This document shows positions 10,788-19,604 of a DNA stretch of 64,000 nt, piece by piece. The stretch covers positions 1,184,001 to 1,248,000 of the forward strand of contig CAWHIJ010000003.1 in NCBI GenBank assembly GCA_963829525.1. The letters run 5' to 3'. This stretch comes from an uncultured Actinomycetota bacterium. Its GTDB lineage: Bacteria; Actinomycetota; Actinomycetes; JAHEKZ01. A program made the position numbers and the translations under genes. A model generated the notes under the pieces. The model ran no database searches, was not told where the DNA came from, and saw only the letters and a list, made by a program, of their open reading frames with translations. The stretch's first letter is position 1. The number at the start of each line of letters is the position of its first letter.

Positions 10788-11689
10788 TGCACACCTGTCA
10801 AGGGTCCACCGACCGGCTGACCGTTGCCGGGGATGTAGTAGCACCGCGGATTGGTACCCAGCTCCTCCTTGAAGCGCACTGCGTTGCCCTCGCGAAGGAA
10901 TGTCGAAAGCCTGACGGTCGTCTGGCCGTTGACGGCCACGTCCGTGACGAGGTCACCGATGAAGTGAGCGCCTCGGGGGCACGCTTCAACGCACGCCGGT
11001 AGATCGTTGCTGTAGGGGATGCGGTCGGCGCATAGGACGCACTTGCCAACAGTTCCGATTTGGTTGGTTGGGAACTCTGGCGTATTCGGTGACGGCGCCG
11101 GCATCCGGTTCGTCGGTGCTGGCCCGTTCCAGTTGAAGTAGCGGGCTTCGTAGGGGCAAGCTGCCATGCAGGCCCGAGAGCCGATGCACAGGTCTTGGTC
11201 GACGAGGACGACTCCTTGGTCGGTCTTGGTCGTCGCGCTGACGGGGCAGACGTTCAGACAGGGCGGGTTCTGGCACATCTGGCACATCACCGGCATGAAG
11301 AACTCGTCACCGGATTCGTCGTGCCACGACAAGGTGCGCATCCAGGTCTGTTCAGGAGGTAGCCCGTGGCGCTCTTGGCAGGCAGCAACGCACTTGCGCT
11401 CTCCCTTGCAGGCTCTCAGATCGACGACCCGGCACCATTGGTGCTCCTCCCCGCTGGTGCCGTCTGCGGGCGCCGCCTGGGCCTCGTCCCGATAGGCGAT
11501 GAGTCCCAGGGAGCTCCCGGCGGCCGCGACGCCGGCCAAACCCAAGCCCCGAAGCAGATTGCGCCGGGACATGTCCAACGCCTCTCCTTCCGGGGTGACC
11601 CCGAGACTTTCAGGGGGCTTTCCGACCGGGGTGAGTCCGAGGTCCACATGAGGGCCATGACGCTTACCGCTACCGGACTGTCTGGTCAT
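10784..11689 (-). CDS. Tat-exported 4Fe-4S dicluster protein (NrfC/PsrB/DmsB family)
   Basis: SRRNLL twin-arginine signal; Cys groups CKGERKCVAAC, CQMCQNPPCLNVCP, CIGSRACMAACP, CVLC...CVEACP; GTNPRCYY tail. Confidence 0.92.
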   Translation of the reverse strand: MTRQSGSGKRHGPHVDLGLTPVGKPPESLGVTPEGEALDMSRRNLLRGLGLAGVAAAGSSLGLIAYRDEAQAAPADGTSGEEHQWCRVVDLRACKGERKCVAACQERHGLPPEQTWMRTLSWHDESGDEFFMPVMCQMCQNPPCLNVCPVSATTKTDQGVVLVDQDLCIGSRACMAACPYEARYFNWNGPAPTNRMPAPSPNTPEFPTNQIGTVGKCVLCADRIPYSNDLPACVEACPRGAHFIGDLVTDVAVNGQTTVRLSTFLREGNAVRFKEELGTNPRCYYIPGNGQPVGGPLTGVQ

Positions 11690-11725
11690 CGTTTCCTCCA
11701 AGTCGTCCGATGTTCTGGCACCTCT

Positions 11726-11796
11726 TCAGTGTGTTTGCCGCAAGGAGGTGGCACATCGGTGTATCCCGCTGAGGCCGATAGGTGTTATTACCTACT
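11726..11796 (-). promoter_or_regulatory. Promoter/operator copy A, facing the 4Fe-4S/NrfD operon
   Basis: Minus strand reads AGTAGGTAATAACACCTA-N9-GCGGGATACACCGATGTGCCACC-N4-TGCGGC-N4-ACACTGA; inverted copy at 14173-14243. Confidence 0.75.
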
Positions 11797-11900
11797 CAGC
11801 GCGATCCGGCCCGGGCGCGCCCACGGCGTAGGCTTGGCCTGACCGGTACCGCGTCCGTCGCGGCGGCCAAGGGAAAGCGGCCTGTTGACGAAGGGAGCGC

Positions 11901-12572
11901 ATGGATCACTCCGAAGAACCAGAGAGCGGCATCCGGGTACTCATCGTTGATGACCACCCCCTCTTCCGGGCAGGCATCCGGGAACGGCTCGAGGTGGTGG
12001 ACGGTCCCATCGTGGTAGTTGGCGAGGCTGAGGACGGGCTGCAGGCCCACAGCCTGGTCGGAAGCTTGCGACCCGACGTGATGCTCATCGACATTTCTAT
12101 GCCGGGCATGAACGGCATCGACGCCACCCGAATGATCCATGCCGACTTCCCCGACGTCAGCATCATCATTCTCTCTGTCCATGACGACGATCAGTACGTG
12201 CACGCGGCCCTGGATGCCGGAGCCAGCGGCTACCTCCTAAAGACTATTGAGGCCTCCGAGTTGCGGGGATTCATCGTTGGGGCGGCTCGAGGAGAGTCCG
12301 CCTTGTCGCCACCTATTGCGCGCAAGGTGCTCACACTCTTGTCGGGCCCTCCCGAAGACACAAACAAACTGAGCGAGCGCGAGCGGCAAGTCCTCGAGCT
12401 TGTTGCCCGTGGCGCAGCAAACAAGACAATCGCCAAAGAACTGTCCATGAGCACCCGAACCGTCGAGGCCCACATGCGAAACATCTTCGAGAAGTTGGGA
12501 GTGTCTTCGCGCACTGAGGCAGTCACCCAGGCCGTCCGCCACCAATGGATTCAGCTCGCCGATGTCGACTGA
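11901..12572 (+). CDS. NarL/LuxR-family response regulator
   Basis: VLIVDDH, IDISMPGMNG, GASGYLLK, LSERERQVL...RTVEAH HTH. Confidence 0.96.
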   Translation: MDHSEEPESGIRVLIVDDHPLFRAGIRERLEVVDGPIVVVGEAEDGLQAHSLVGSLRPDVMLIDISMPGMNGIDATRMIHADFPDVSIIILSVHDDDQYVHAALDAGASGYLLKTIEASELRGFIVGAARGESALSPPIARKVLTLLSGPPEDTNKLSERERQVLELVARGAANKTIAKELSMSTRTVEAHMRNIFEKLGVSSRTEAVTQAVRHQWIQLADVD

Positions 12573-14154
12573 TACGGCGACCATTACGCCAGCTGCCCAG
12601 GCCCTGACAACGGACGACTCCGGAACATCTGGATCGAAGATTCGGACGATCCTCGCGAGCATTCCGGTACGCGACTATCGGTTCTGGATCGTGCAACTGT
12701 TGCTCATTCTGATCAACGTCGCTCACCTCCTCCTGGAGGAAACCCACGTTCTCGGGGGCGACTGGGCGTTGGATCTGCTGGCGATATCGGTGCTCTTGAT
12801 ACCCGTCGTTTACTCGGCGCTCGTTTTTGGGCTCGGAGGTGCAATTCCCACAGCACTCTGGGCCTTTGTGCTCTCTCTCCCTGAGATCAGCACCCACAAC
12901 TGGCCGATCAGGATGGGAATCTTGGTCCAGTTCGGAATTGTTAGCGCGATCGGCATCATCGTTGGCGTCCGCGTTGATCGAGAGGCCGCAGCAAAGCGCA
13001 CAGCGGATCAGGCGAACTTGCGCCTCTCTCGACTGAACGCAACCGCCGCCGCTGTTGCTGCCTCCTTGGATTTGGAGCATGTACTCAGAGGCACGCTCCG
13101 TGCGACCCTCGATGGCCGAAGGCAGCAAGTCGTCTGGGTGCGAACACTCGCTATGCCCCACACCTCCGGGCTCACGATCATCGATGCCAGTCTGACCGAG
13201 CCGCCCCGGCAACTTGATCGCGTCCAGGAGGGACTCACGCTTGCGGCCTGCCTCACCGGGCTTGAACAACGCGACACCACGGGGGGAACCGACGCTCGAA
13301 CGATCGTGGTCGCCCTGAAGACAGGAGAGCGTACCTTCGGGGCCATCGGCCTCACCCAGACCGACGATGCCCTCCTGCGTGATGAGTGCAACGTTCTCGG
13401 CGCTGTTGCAAATCAGCTCAGTGTGGCCCTCAACAACATCTTCGATCACGCCAGCACGCGCGAGGCACTGTCGGACCTAGCCGATACCAAGCGAAATCTT
13501 GAGACGTACATCGAGCTTGCTACCGAAGCCCAGGAAGCGGAACGAAAGCGTCTTTCGCGTGAGCTTCACGACGACGTCCTGCAGTCACTGGCTGTTGCCA
13601 AGGCCCAGATTGATGCGGTGGGCCCACACGGAGCTTCTGAGGAAACAAGGGGGCGCTTGCTTGGGGTGCAAGAGATCCTTGCCACGACAATCGGCAGTGT
13701 GCGGCGGTATTGCAAAGATCTGCGGCCGTCCCTGCTCGACGATCTCGGACTGATCGATGCCATCAGCTGGCTCGTCTCGGAGTTGCGGGCGCGAACAGAC
13801 CTCTCGGTCGACATGGTTGTCACGGGGTCACGTCAGCGGCTAGGGGAACGTGACGAACTTCTCATCTTTCGGGTAGTGCAAGAAGCACTTCGCAACGTCG
13901 AACGGCACGCGGATGCGACATATGTGCGGGTTGGTCTGGACTTCTGCGACGACAAGCTCACGGTGGTCATCGAAGACAATGGGAAGGGAATGGGTCTCAA
14001 TAGCGAGACGGCAAAACCGTCATGGGAGGCGGGTCTTGGACTGCGCGGCATGGACGAGCGCACGAAGTTGCTGAAGGGGATGCTTGTGACGAAGAGCGGA
14101 CCTGGTGCGGGCACGAAGATTGCGCTGACTGTTGCCCTCTTTGCGGACGAGTAG
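12562..14154 (+). CDS. Membrane sensor histidine kinase (TM region, GAF-like domain, HisKA_3, HATPase)
   Basis: About 4 TM, QEAERKRLSRELHDDVLQ, LRPSLLDDLGL, QEALRNV, DNGKG, GLGLRGM. Confidence 0.95.
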   Translation: MSTDTATITPAAQALTTDDSGTSGSKIRTILASIPVRDYRFWIVQLLLILINVAHLLLEETHVLGGDWALDLLAISVLLIPVVYSALVFGLGGAIPTALWAFVLSLPEISTHNWPIRMGILVQFGIVSAIGIIVGVRVDREAAAKRTADQANLRLSRLNATAAAVAASLDLEHVLRGTLRATLDGRRQQVVWVRTLAMPHTSGLTIIDASLTEPPRQLDRVQEGLTLAACLTGLEQRDTTGGTDARTIVVALKTGERTFGAIGLTQTDDALLRDECNVLGAVANQLSVALNNIFDHASTREALSDLADTKRNLETYIELATEAQEAERKRLSRELHDDVLQSLAVAKAQIDAVGPHGASEETRGRLLGVQEILATTIGSVRRYCKDLRPSLLDDLGLIDAISWLVSELRARTDLSVDMVVTGSRQRLGERDELLIFRVVQEALRNVERHADATYVRVGLDFCDDKLTVVIEDNGKGMGLNSETAKPSWEAGLGLRGMDERTKLLKGMLVTKSGPGAGTKIALTVALFADE

Positions 14155-14172
14155 CCGCCGTTAGTTTTCGTC

Positions 14173-14243
14173 AGTAGGTGATAACACCTAGCAAATTCGC
14201 GGGATACACCGATGTGCCACCAACCTGCGGCGATTGACACTGA
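14173..14243 (+). promoter_or_regulatory. Promoter/operator copy B, facing the lipoprotein gene
   Basis: AGTAGGTGATAACACCTA-N8-GCGGGATACACCGATGTGCCACC-N4-TGCGGC-N5-ACACTGA; 23-bp core identical to copy A. Confidence 0.75.
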
Positions 14244-14289
14244 GGGAGACATCGGTAGGCCTTAGCTACTGACCGACTCAAGGAGCGTA

Positions 14290-14718
14290 ATGCGAAACTC
14301 AAAAGTGTTAGCCGGGCTTGTGGCGGCTGCCGCCCTGGTGACTCTTGTGGCGTGCAGCAGTGACGACACCACGTCGTCGGGAGCATCAGGCGACACAACC
14401 AGCGCTTCACCAACCGGAACCACGCCGGAAGATCTACGTACCTCGGACGCAGCGGTTGCGCAGGGGATGAACGACATCAACAAGCTCGCCGCGGATATCG
14501 CCGCAGCGCCAGCAGCGCAGGGCAAGACGCTGTCCGATGGCATTGAACCCTTGTGGCAGCCGATCGAGGGTACGGTGCAGGAGAACAGCCAGGAGACCTA
14601 CGACGCGTACGAAGGCGCATTCACGCTGCTGGAGTCTGGCGACGTGACGAAGGCAGCGGAGGGCGCGAAGGCAGTAGACGAGGCGACCACCGCTTACCTC
14701 GAGCAGTTCCCCGGGTAG
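14290..14718 (+). CDS. Lipoprotein with S/T-rich linker and helical-bundle domain
   Basis: AAGGAG RBS; lipobox LVA-C; IEPLWQPIEGTV...YDAYEGAF. Confidence 0.85.
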   Translation: MRNSKVLAGLVAAAALVTLVACSSDDTTSSGASGDTTSASPTGTTPEDLRTSDAAVAQGMNDINKLAADIAAAPAAQGKTLSDGIEPLWQPIEGTVQENSQETYDAYEGAFTLLESGDVTKAAEGAKAVDEATTAYLEQFPG

Positions 14719-14758
14719 TTCACGCAAGGACTGTGTGCTCCTCGCCTCCGTGGCGGTC

Positions 14759-14806
14759 AAGGGCTCGGCGTCGCTGTCAAGCAAGTGGCAGCGACGTCGG
14801 GCCCTT
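14759..14806. terminator. Long hairpin between convergent genes (probable bidirectional terminator)
   Basis: AAGGGCTCGGCGTCGCTGTCA pairs with TGGCAGCGACGTCGGGCCCTT: 21-bp stem with G-U pairs. Confidence 0.65.
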
Positions 14807-14859
14807 TGCTTGTCGAATCAAGGGACCCACCCTGGTTCGCAAACTGCGTTCCGTGCACC

Positions 14860-16332
14860 CTACTCCGGGCTATTCGCTGCCTCCCCGCCGATTTCGTAGG
14901 GCGTGGTGTACCCGGCGTACATCAGGTGAGCCAGTAGTCCCTGACTGGCATGTGGCAGGTTGTGGCAGTGGTCAACCCAGATGCCTGGGTTGTCTGCCAC
15001 GAACGCGATGTCGTATGTCTCTCCGTCACGGACATTCAGCGAGTCCACCCACCAGGGGCTGCCCGTTGCTGGCTGCCCATTCCTGGCAAGCACAACGGCG
15101 TGATGACCGTGCAGATGCATGGGGTGCACCTCGCCGCTGTTGTTCACGATCTCCATGCGGACGATGTCACCCTCCTCCACCATGAACATCGGTACGTCCG
15201 GGTAGAGGTGGCCGTTCACTGTCCACCAGAGTCCCGGCCTGCCATCGAGGAAACCGGGGCGACGGTCGACGACGTACTCGAACTCGCGGGTGGGCCGTTC
15301 CGGATCAAAGCCGAGCGATGATGGCGAGCCGTAGTTCAGAAAGTCGACGAAATCCTGCGGTATGGGGGTTTCTGCAACGTCCGCAGCACCAGAACCCAAG
15401 AGGATGGCACTGTTGCCACCCAGCTCGACGCGTGCTCCAGAGTCTGGGATGACGATCTCGAGGTCGGCGCGTCCACCGGCTGTCACGAGTACCGCCGCAC
15501 CGTCCACGGTGTCCGGCTGATGGACGTCGTAACCATCGACGGCGACCACTCGGTAATCGGCGCCACTGACCCACACCGACATCGGACCATTGTCGGTGTT
15601 GATGACCCGCACTCTCGCGGTCTGTCCCGGTGCGGAGTCCACCGCGACGTCACCTTCGTCGCCGTTGACAGTGCGCACCCCGTCGTAGATGTGAACGAGT
15701 GCGGGAACGTCCACGACATCGGCGGACGCCTTCTTGGCCTCGGGACTGACGATGACCGCCCCTAGAAGGCCCCCGAGGACCTGCTCGTGGGAAAGCTGGT
15801 GTGAGTGGTACCAGTAGGTTCCGGCCCGGTCTGCGTAGAAGCGGTATGTGAAGGAGCCTCCTTCAGGGACTTCATCCTGCGTAACGCCGGCCACCCCGTC
15901 CATCGGGTTGGGAACATCGACGCCGTGCCAGTGCAGTGTGACGCCCTGCGGGACCGACTCGTTGACGAGGTTCACCTCAACGAGGTCTCCCCTTGTCGCC
16001 TGGATCGTCGGGCCGGGGGACTGCCCATTGACGGTGTAGCCGTCGACCTCTCGACCTGACTCCAGGGTGAAGGTCTCCTGGCGCACGACCAGGTCGACGG
16101 CGACATCTGCCTTCACACCTGCGGGCACTCCGAGGTCGGTGATGCTGACCGCGTCCGAGCCCATGTGCCCGCCGGCATCGTGGCTGCTCGGCCCTCCGCC
16201 GTAGTCGGTGTAACCCATCTCCATCACGGAGTACTCGCCTGGCAGAAGGCTTGACCACCACAGCCACGCAAGCGGCAGAACGATCACGGTCGTGGCAAGG
16301 AGAGCCAGCACCGATCGCCGTCGAGCGCTCAC
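14860..16332 (-). CDS. Multicopper oxidase, membrane-anchored
   Basis: HWHG, WYHSH, HPMHLHGH, HCHNLPH copper motifs; N-terminal RR plus hydrophobic segment. Confidence 0.95.
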   Translation of the reverse strand: MSARRRSVLALLATTVIVLPLAWLWWSSLLPGEYSVMEMGYTDYGGGPSSHDAGGHMGSDAVSITDLGVPAGVKADVAVDLVVRQETFTLESGREVDGYTVNGQSPGPTIQATRGDLVEVNLVNESVPQGVTLHWHGVDVPNPMDGVAGVTQDEVPEGGSFTYRFYADRAGTYWYHSHQLSHEQVLGGLLGAVIVSPEAKKASADVVDVPALVHIYDGVRTVNGDEGDVAVDSAPGQTARVRVINTDNGPMSVWVSGADYRVVAVDGYDVHQPDTVDGAAVLVTAGGRADLEIVIPDSGARVELGGNSAILLGSGAADVAETPIPQDFVDFLNYGSPSSLGFDPERPTREFEYVVDRRPGFLDGRPGLWWTVNGHLYPDVPMFMVEEGDIVRMEIVNNSGEVHPMHLHGHHAVVLARNGQPATGSPWWVDSLNVRDGETYDIAFVADNPGIWVDHCHNLPHASQGLLAHLMYAGYTTPYEIGGEAANSPE

Positions 16333-16363
16333 CGCCAGGTCATCGCGTCACGTGGAGGTTTCC

Positions 16364-16801
16364 CTAGGCGGGAATCTCAGCGCCGGTTTGCACCCGCTTA
16401 CCCGCCATGACGGCGAGTGAGAACAACAGGAGTGCGTTGAGACCGTGGAAGATGCCGAAGACAGCGTTCTCATGTCCGAAGAGGCCGAGTGCTACCTGGA
16501 CGATCACCGCGAGGACGACGAAGCCTGCCCACTTGACGCCTCCGGGGACTTTCGCAAAGAACGACACGACGAGGAACACCAAGGCGATCAAGGGAATGAG
16601 CATCATTCCGTTCATGCCGTGGATGGCGAAGCCGACGACGCCAGGGAAGTTGAGGTCGCTCTCCATGGATGCCTTGTCGAGTACTCCACCGTTCTTGTCG
16701 ACCCAGACGCCCAGGCCAAAGATGGCGTAGGCGACCGCCGCCGCTTGAATGGCGACCTCGGCGGCGATGACGTACGCAATGACGCGATAGGCAGATCTCA
16801 T
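16364..16801 (-). CDS. Small 4-TM membrane protein with His residues in helices (DUF6220-like)
   Basis: Four hydrophobic segments, AIHG and FHGLNAL motifs; upstream of the multicopper oxidase. Confidence 0.7.
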   Translation of the reverse strand: MRSAYRVIAYVIAAEVAIQAAAVAYAIFGLGVWVDKNGGVLDKASMESDLNFPGVVGFAIHGMNGMMLIPLIALVFLVVSFFAKVPGGVKWAGFVVLAVIVQVALGLFGHENAVFGIFHGLNALLLFSLAVMAGKRVQTGAEIPA

Positions 16802-16997
16802 GGAGGGCCCCCTCGGGCGAGATCGTTGTTGATGTGTGGGGTGATCACGGGCCTAAAGACCAGATGATCTTGGTCGCAAGGTAGAGGGTTCGAGGCGTGA
16901 AGACAAGGAATTTCGCGGATCCTGCTCGACGCCTAGAGGCCCGCACCAGAGATACGGTTGGTCATCATGGTGACCGCGAACATTGGACCCCACCGCG

Positions 16998-19008
16998 ATG
17001 AGCTCGTTGCGCAGCAAGGACCTGTGGCTTGGACTACTTTCTGTCCTCTGCCTGTCACTGATCGTGATATCAACCTGGGCTCTGCTGACGAGGGGTCCAG
17101 ACGATGGGGCGGCGTCGGGAATGCAGCAGTTCTGGGTGGCACCAGATGGTGACGACAGCGCGTCGGGCTCACGCGAGGATCCGTGGGCAACGCTGCAACA
17201 CGCAGTGGACGAGAGTGAGCCCGGTACAACCGTCTACGTGAGAGGCGGGAGCTACGAACAGCAGCTCTCCTTCAGCCGCTCGGGTGAACCGGGGCAACCG
17301 ATCACCGTCATCGCTGAAGCGGGTGAACAACCAGTTCTCGACGGCTCGGGGCTGGACGTGACTGCCGGACAGTCGGCGATGGTCAAGATCGACGGTCAAC
17401 ATGACGTGGTCGTCGATGGCCTAGAAATTGCCGGGTACCGGTCGGATGTCAGCGGTGAGGTCCCGATCGGGGTCTTCGTCGTCGGTGAGACCACGGATGT
17501 CCGGTTGGCAAACCTCAACATCCACGACTTGGGCACAACCTTCGACGGGCGCAACGGCGGGGACGCCCATGGAATTGCGGTCTATGGAACATCTGCTGAG
17601 CAGCCGATTTCGGGACTGGAGATCGTCGACTCCGAGCTGTACGACCTGTCGTTGGGATCATCGGAAGCACTTGTCCTCAACGGCAACGTCAAGGACTTCT
17701 TGGTTGAGGGGAACCGAGTCCATGACACGAACAACATCGGAATAGATGTCATCGGATTCGAGGGAACCGCACCAGATCCGACTGTCGACCAGGCAAGGGA
17801 CGGCATTGTTCGTGGCAATGAGGTGTGGAACATCGACAGCAAGGGAAACCCTGCGTACGGGAATGACCGAAGTGCTGACGGCATCTATGTCGATGGCGGG
17901 CGAGACGTCTTGGTTGAAGCGAACGTGATCCACGATGTCAACATCGGGATCGAGCTGGCCAGTGAGCATGCCGATCGGGCGACTCGGAACATCACCGTTC
18001 GAAGCAACGTGGTGTACGACACAACGGCTATTGGCGTGGCCATCGGTGGCTATGACCGGCGGCGCGGAAGCACCGAGAGCTGCACTCTGGTCAACAACAC
18101 CGTGGTTCGGTCCGCTGGTCCGGCGCTGCTGGTTCAGTTTGACACCCGCGACAACCTGATTGCCAACAACGTGATCGTGGCCGGCGACAACCATGTCTTC
18201 ATCGAGAACCCATATCGTGAGAACGCGGGCAACACTGTTGACCACAACATTTACTGGGTGAGCGACGGATCGACCAGGGGGACTTGGGAGTGGAAGGGGC
18301 GTGAGTACGGGAATTTCGCGCGTTGGCGTGCCGAGTCGGGGATCGATCAGGACTCGGTCTTCGACGACCCCGAGTTTGTCGATCCGGCAGCCGACAACTA
18401 CGCGCTTCGTGAGAGCTCGCCCGGTGTCGACGCTGGTCTGCGCCTCGCGGTGGCCGGGACCAAGGACCTGCTCGGGGAAGCGCGCTCGCAAGGTACCGCC
18501 ATCGATGTGGGTGCGGTCGAGTTCAATTCCCCAGAGCCGAGCCCGACCCCGGAGATCAGCGGAACGGCCGTCGCGCTCGGCGACGTGAAGTGGATTTCGC
18601 AGTCGAACGGATGGGGGCCTGTCGAGGTCGACATGAGCAACGGAGAGCGCCCGCAGGGGAGATGGGCTGCCGTTGCGGATTGGGGCGATGGAGTTCGCCC
18701 GGGGCATCGGCACGCATGCCCCATCGCGGATTCTCTTCGATGTGCCGGAAGACTGCACGGTCTTCCTGTCGGACGTCGGACTCGATGAGGAAGTGGGTGA
18801 CCAGGGAACGGTGGTGTTCGAGGTGTACGGCGACGGCGACCTCTTGACCACAAGTGGGCTGGTGTTCGCCACCGATGAGCCGATCCCATTGGTCGCCGAC
18901 GTCACAGGGGTGAACCAGCTCGAGCTGGTCGTCACCCGTGGGGGCGACGGGAACGCGTTCGACCACGCTGACTGGGGAGACGCCCGGCTCGATTGTGCGG
19001 CCGGTTAG
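16998..19008 (+). pseudogene. Membrane-anchored right-handed beta-helix protein with C-terminal NPCBM/NEW2 module; one net +1 indel
   Basis: WVAPDGDD...DPWATLQHAV start, NNIGID, ADGIYVDGG, IGIELASE; NGWGPVE...RGIGTHA...DHADWGDA; frame break near 18650. Confidence 0.8.
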
Positions 19009-19032
19009 GACTGGCGGCGCGACGCGCTCTCG

Positions 19033-19521
19033 TCAGTTGCGCTCAAGGAGCCGAAGTCGCTCCTTCAGGCGGTCCAGGAACGGGACCTGGCCGAGGTTGA
19101 TCTTCGTGCGTGCCTGATCGAGCCTCATCCAGGTGGCCCGGTCGATTTCGGGGAACTCGCCCAGCAGCCCTGACCGTGGCGGCCATTCCATGGTGAACGT
19201 GTTGCTGCTGACCGTCTCCACCTCGAAGTCGGCCGCGATCGCGTAGGCCGTCACGAGCTTGCCGCTGGCCAGACGCAACTCGCCCAGGTGAGTGGGGTCT
19301 CCTGGTGGAGGCGGCTGTCCGATCTCCTCCTCAAACTCGCGAAGGGCAGCGTCCAGCGGATCCTCATCAGGGAGGTACTCGCCCTTGGCGATCGACCAGG
19401 CACCGTCGTCCTTGGACTTCCAGTAAGGTCCTCCAGGGTGAACGAGGAATACCTCGAGCCACTCACCCCGCCAGCGGTAGGGCAGCAAACCAGCACTGCG
19501 CTTCGACGTCCTCGATGCCAT
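19033..19521 (-). CDS. NUDIX hydrolase
   Basis: HPGGPYW, KGE...AALREFEEEIG Nudix box, EWPPRSG...FPEIDR. Confidence 0.93.
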   Translation of the reverse strand: MASRTSKRSAGLLPYRWRGEWLEVFLVHPGGPYWKSKDDGAWSIAKGEYLPDEDPLDAALREFEEEIGQPPPPGDPTHLGELRLASGKLVTAYAIAADFEVETVSSNTFTMEWPPRSGLLGEFPEIDRATWMRLDQARTKINLGQVPFLDRLKERLRLLERN

Positions 19522-19604
19522 GACAGAATCTTACGGACCGCAAGCCTGGAAGTGATCGGCTGAAGCGGCTGTTGTTGGGGTCGACACCGAACCGAAGGAT
19601 GCCC

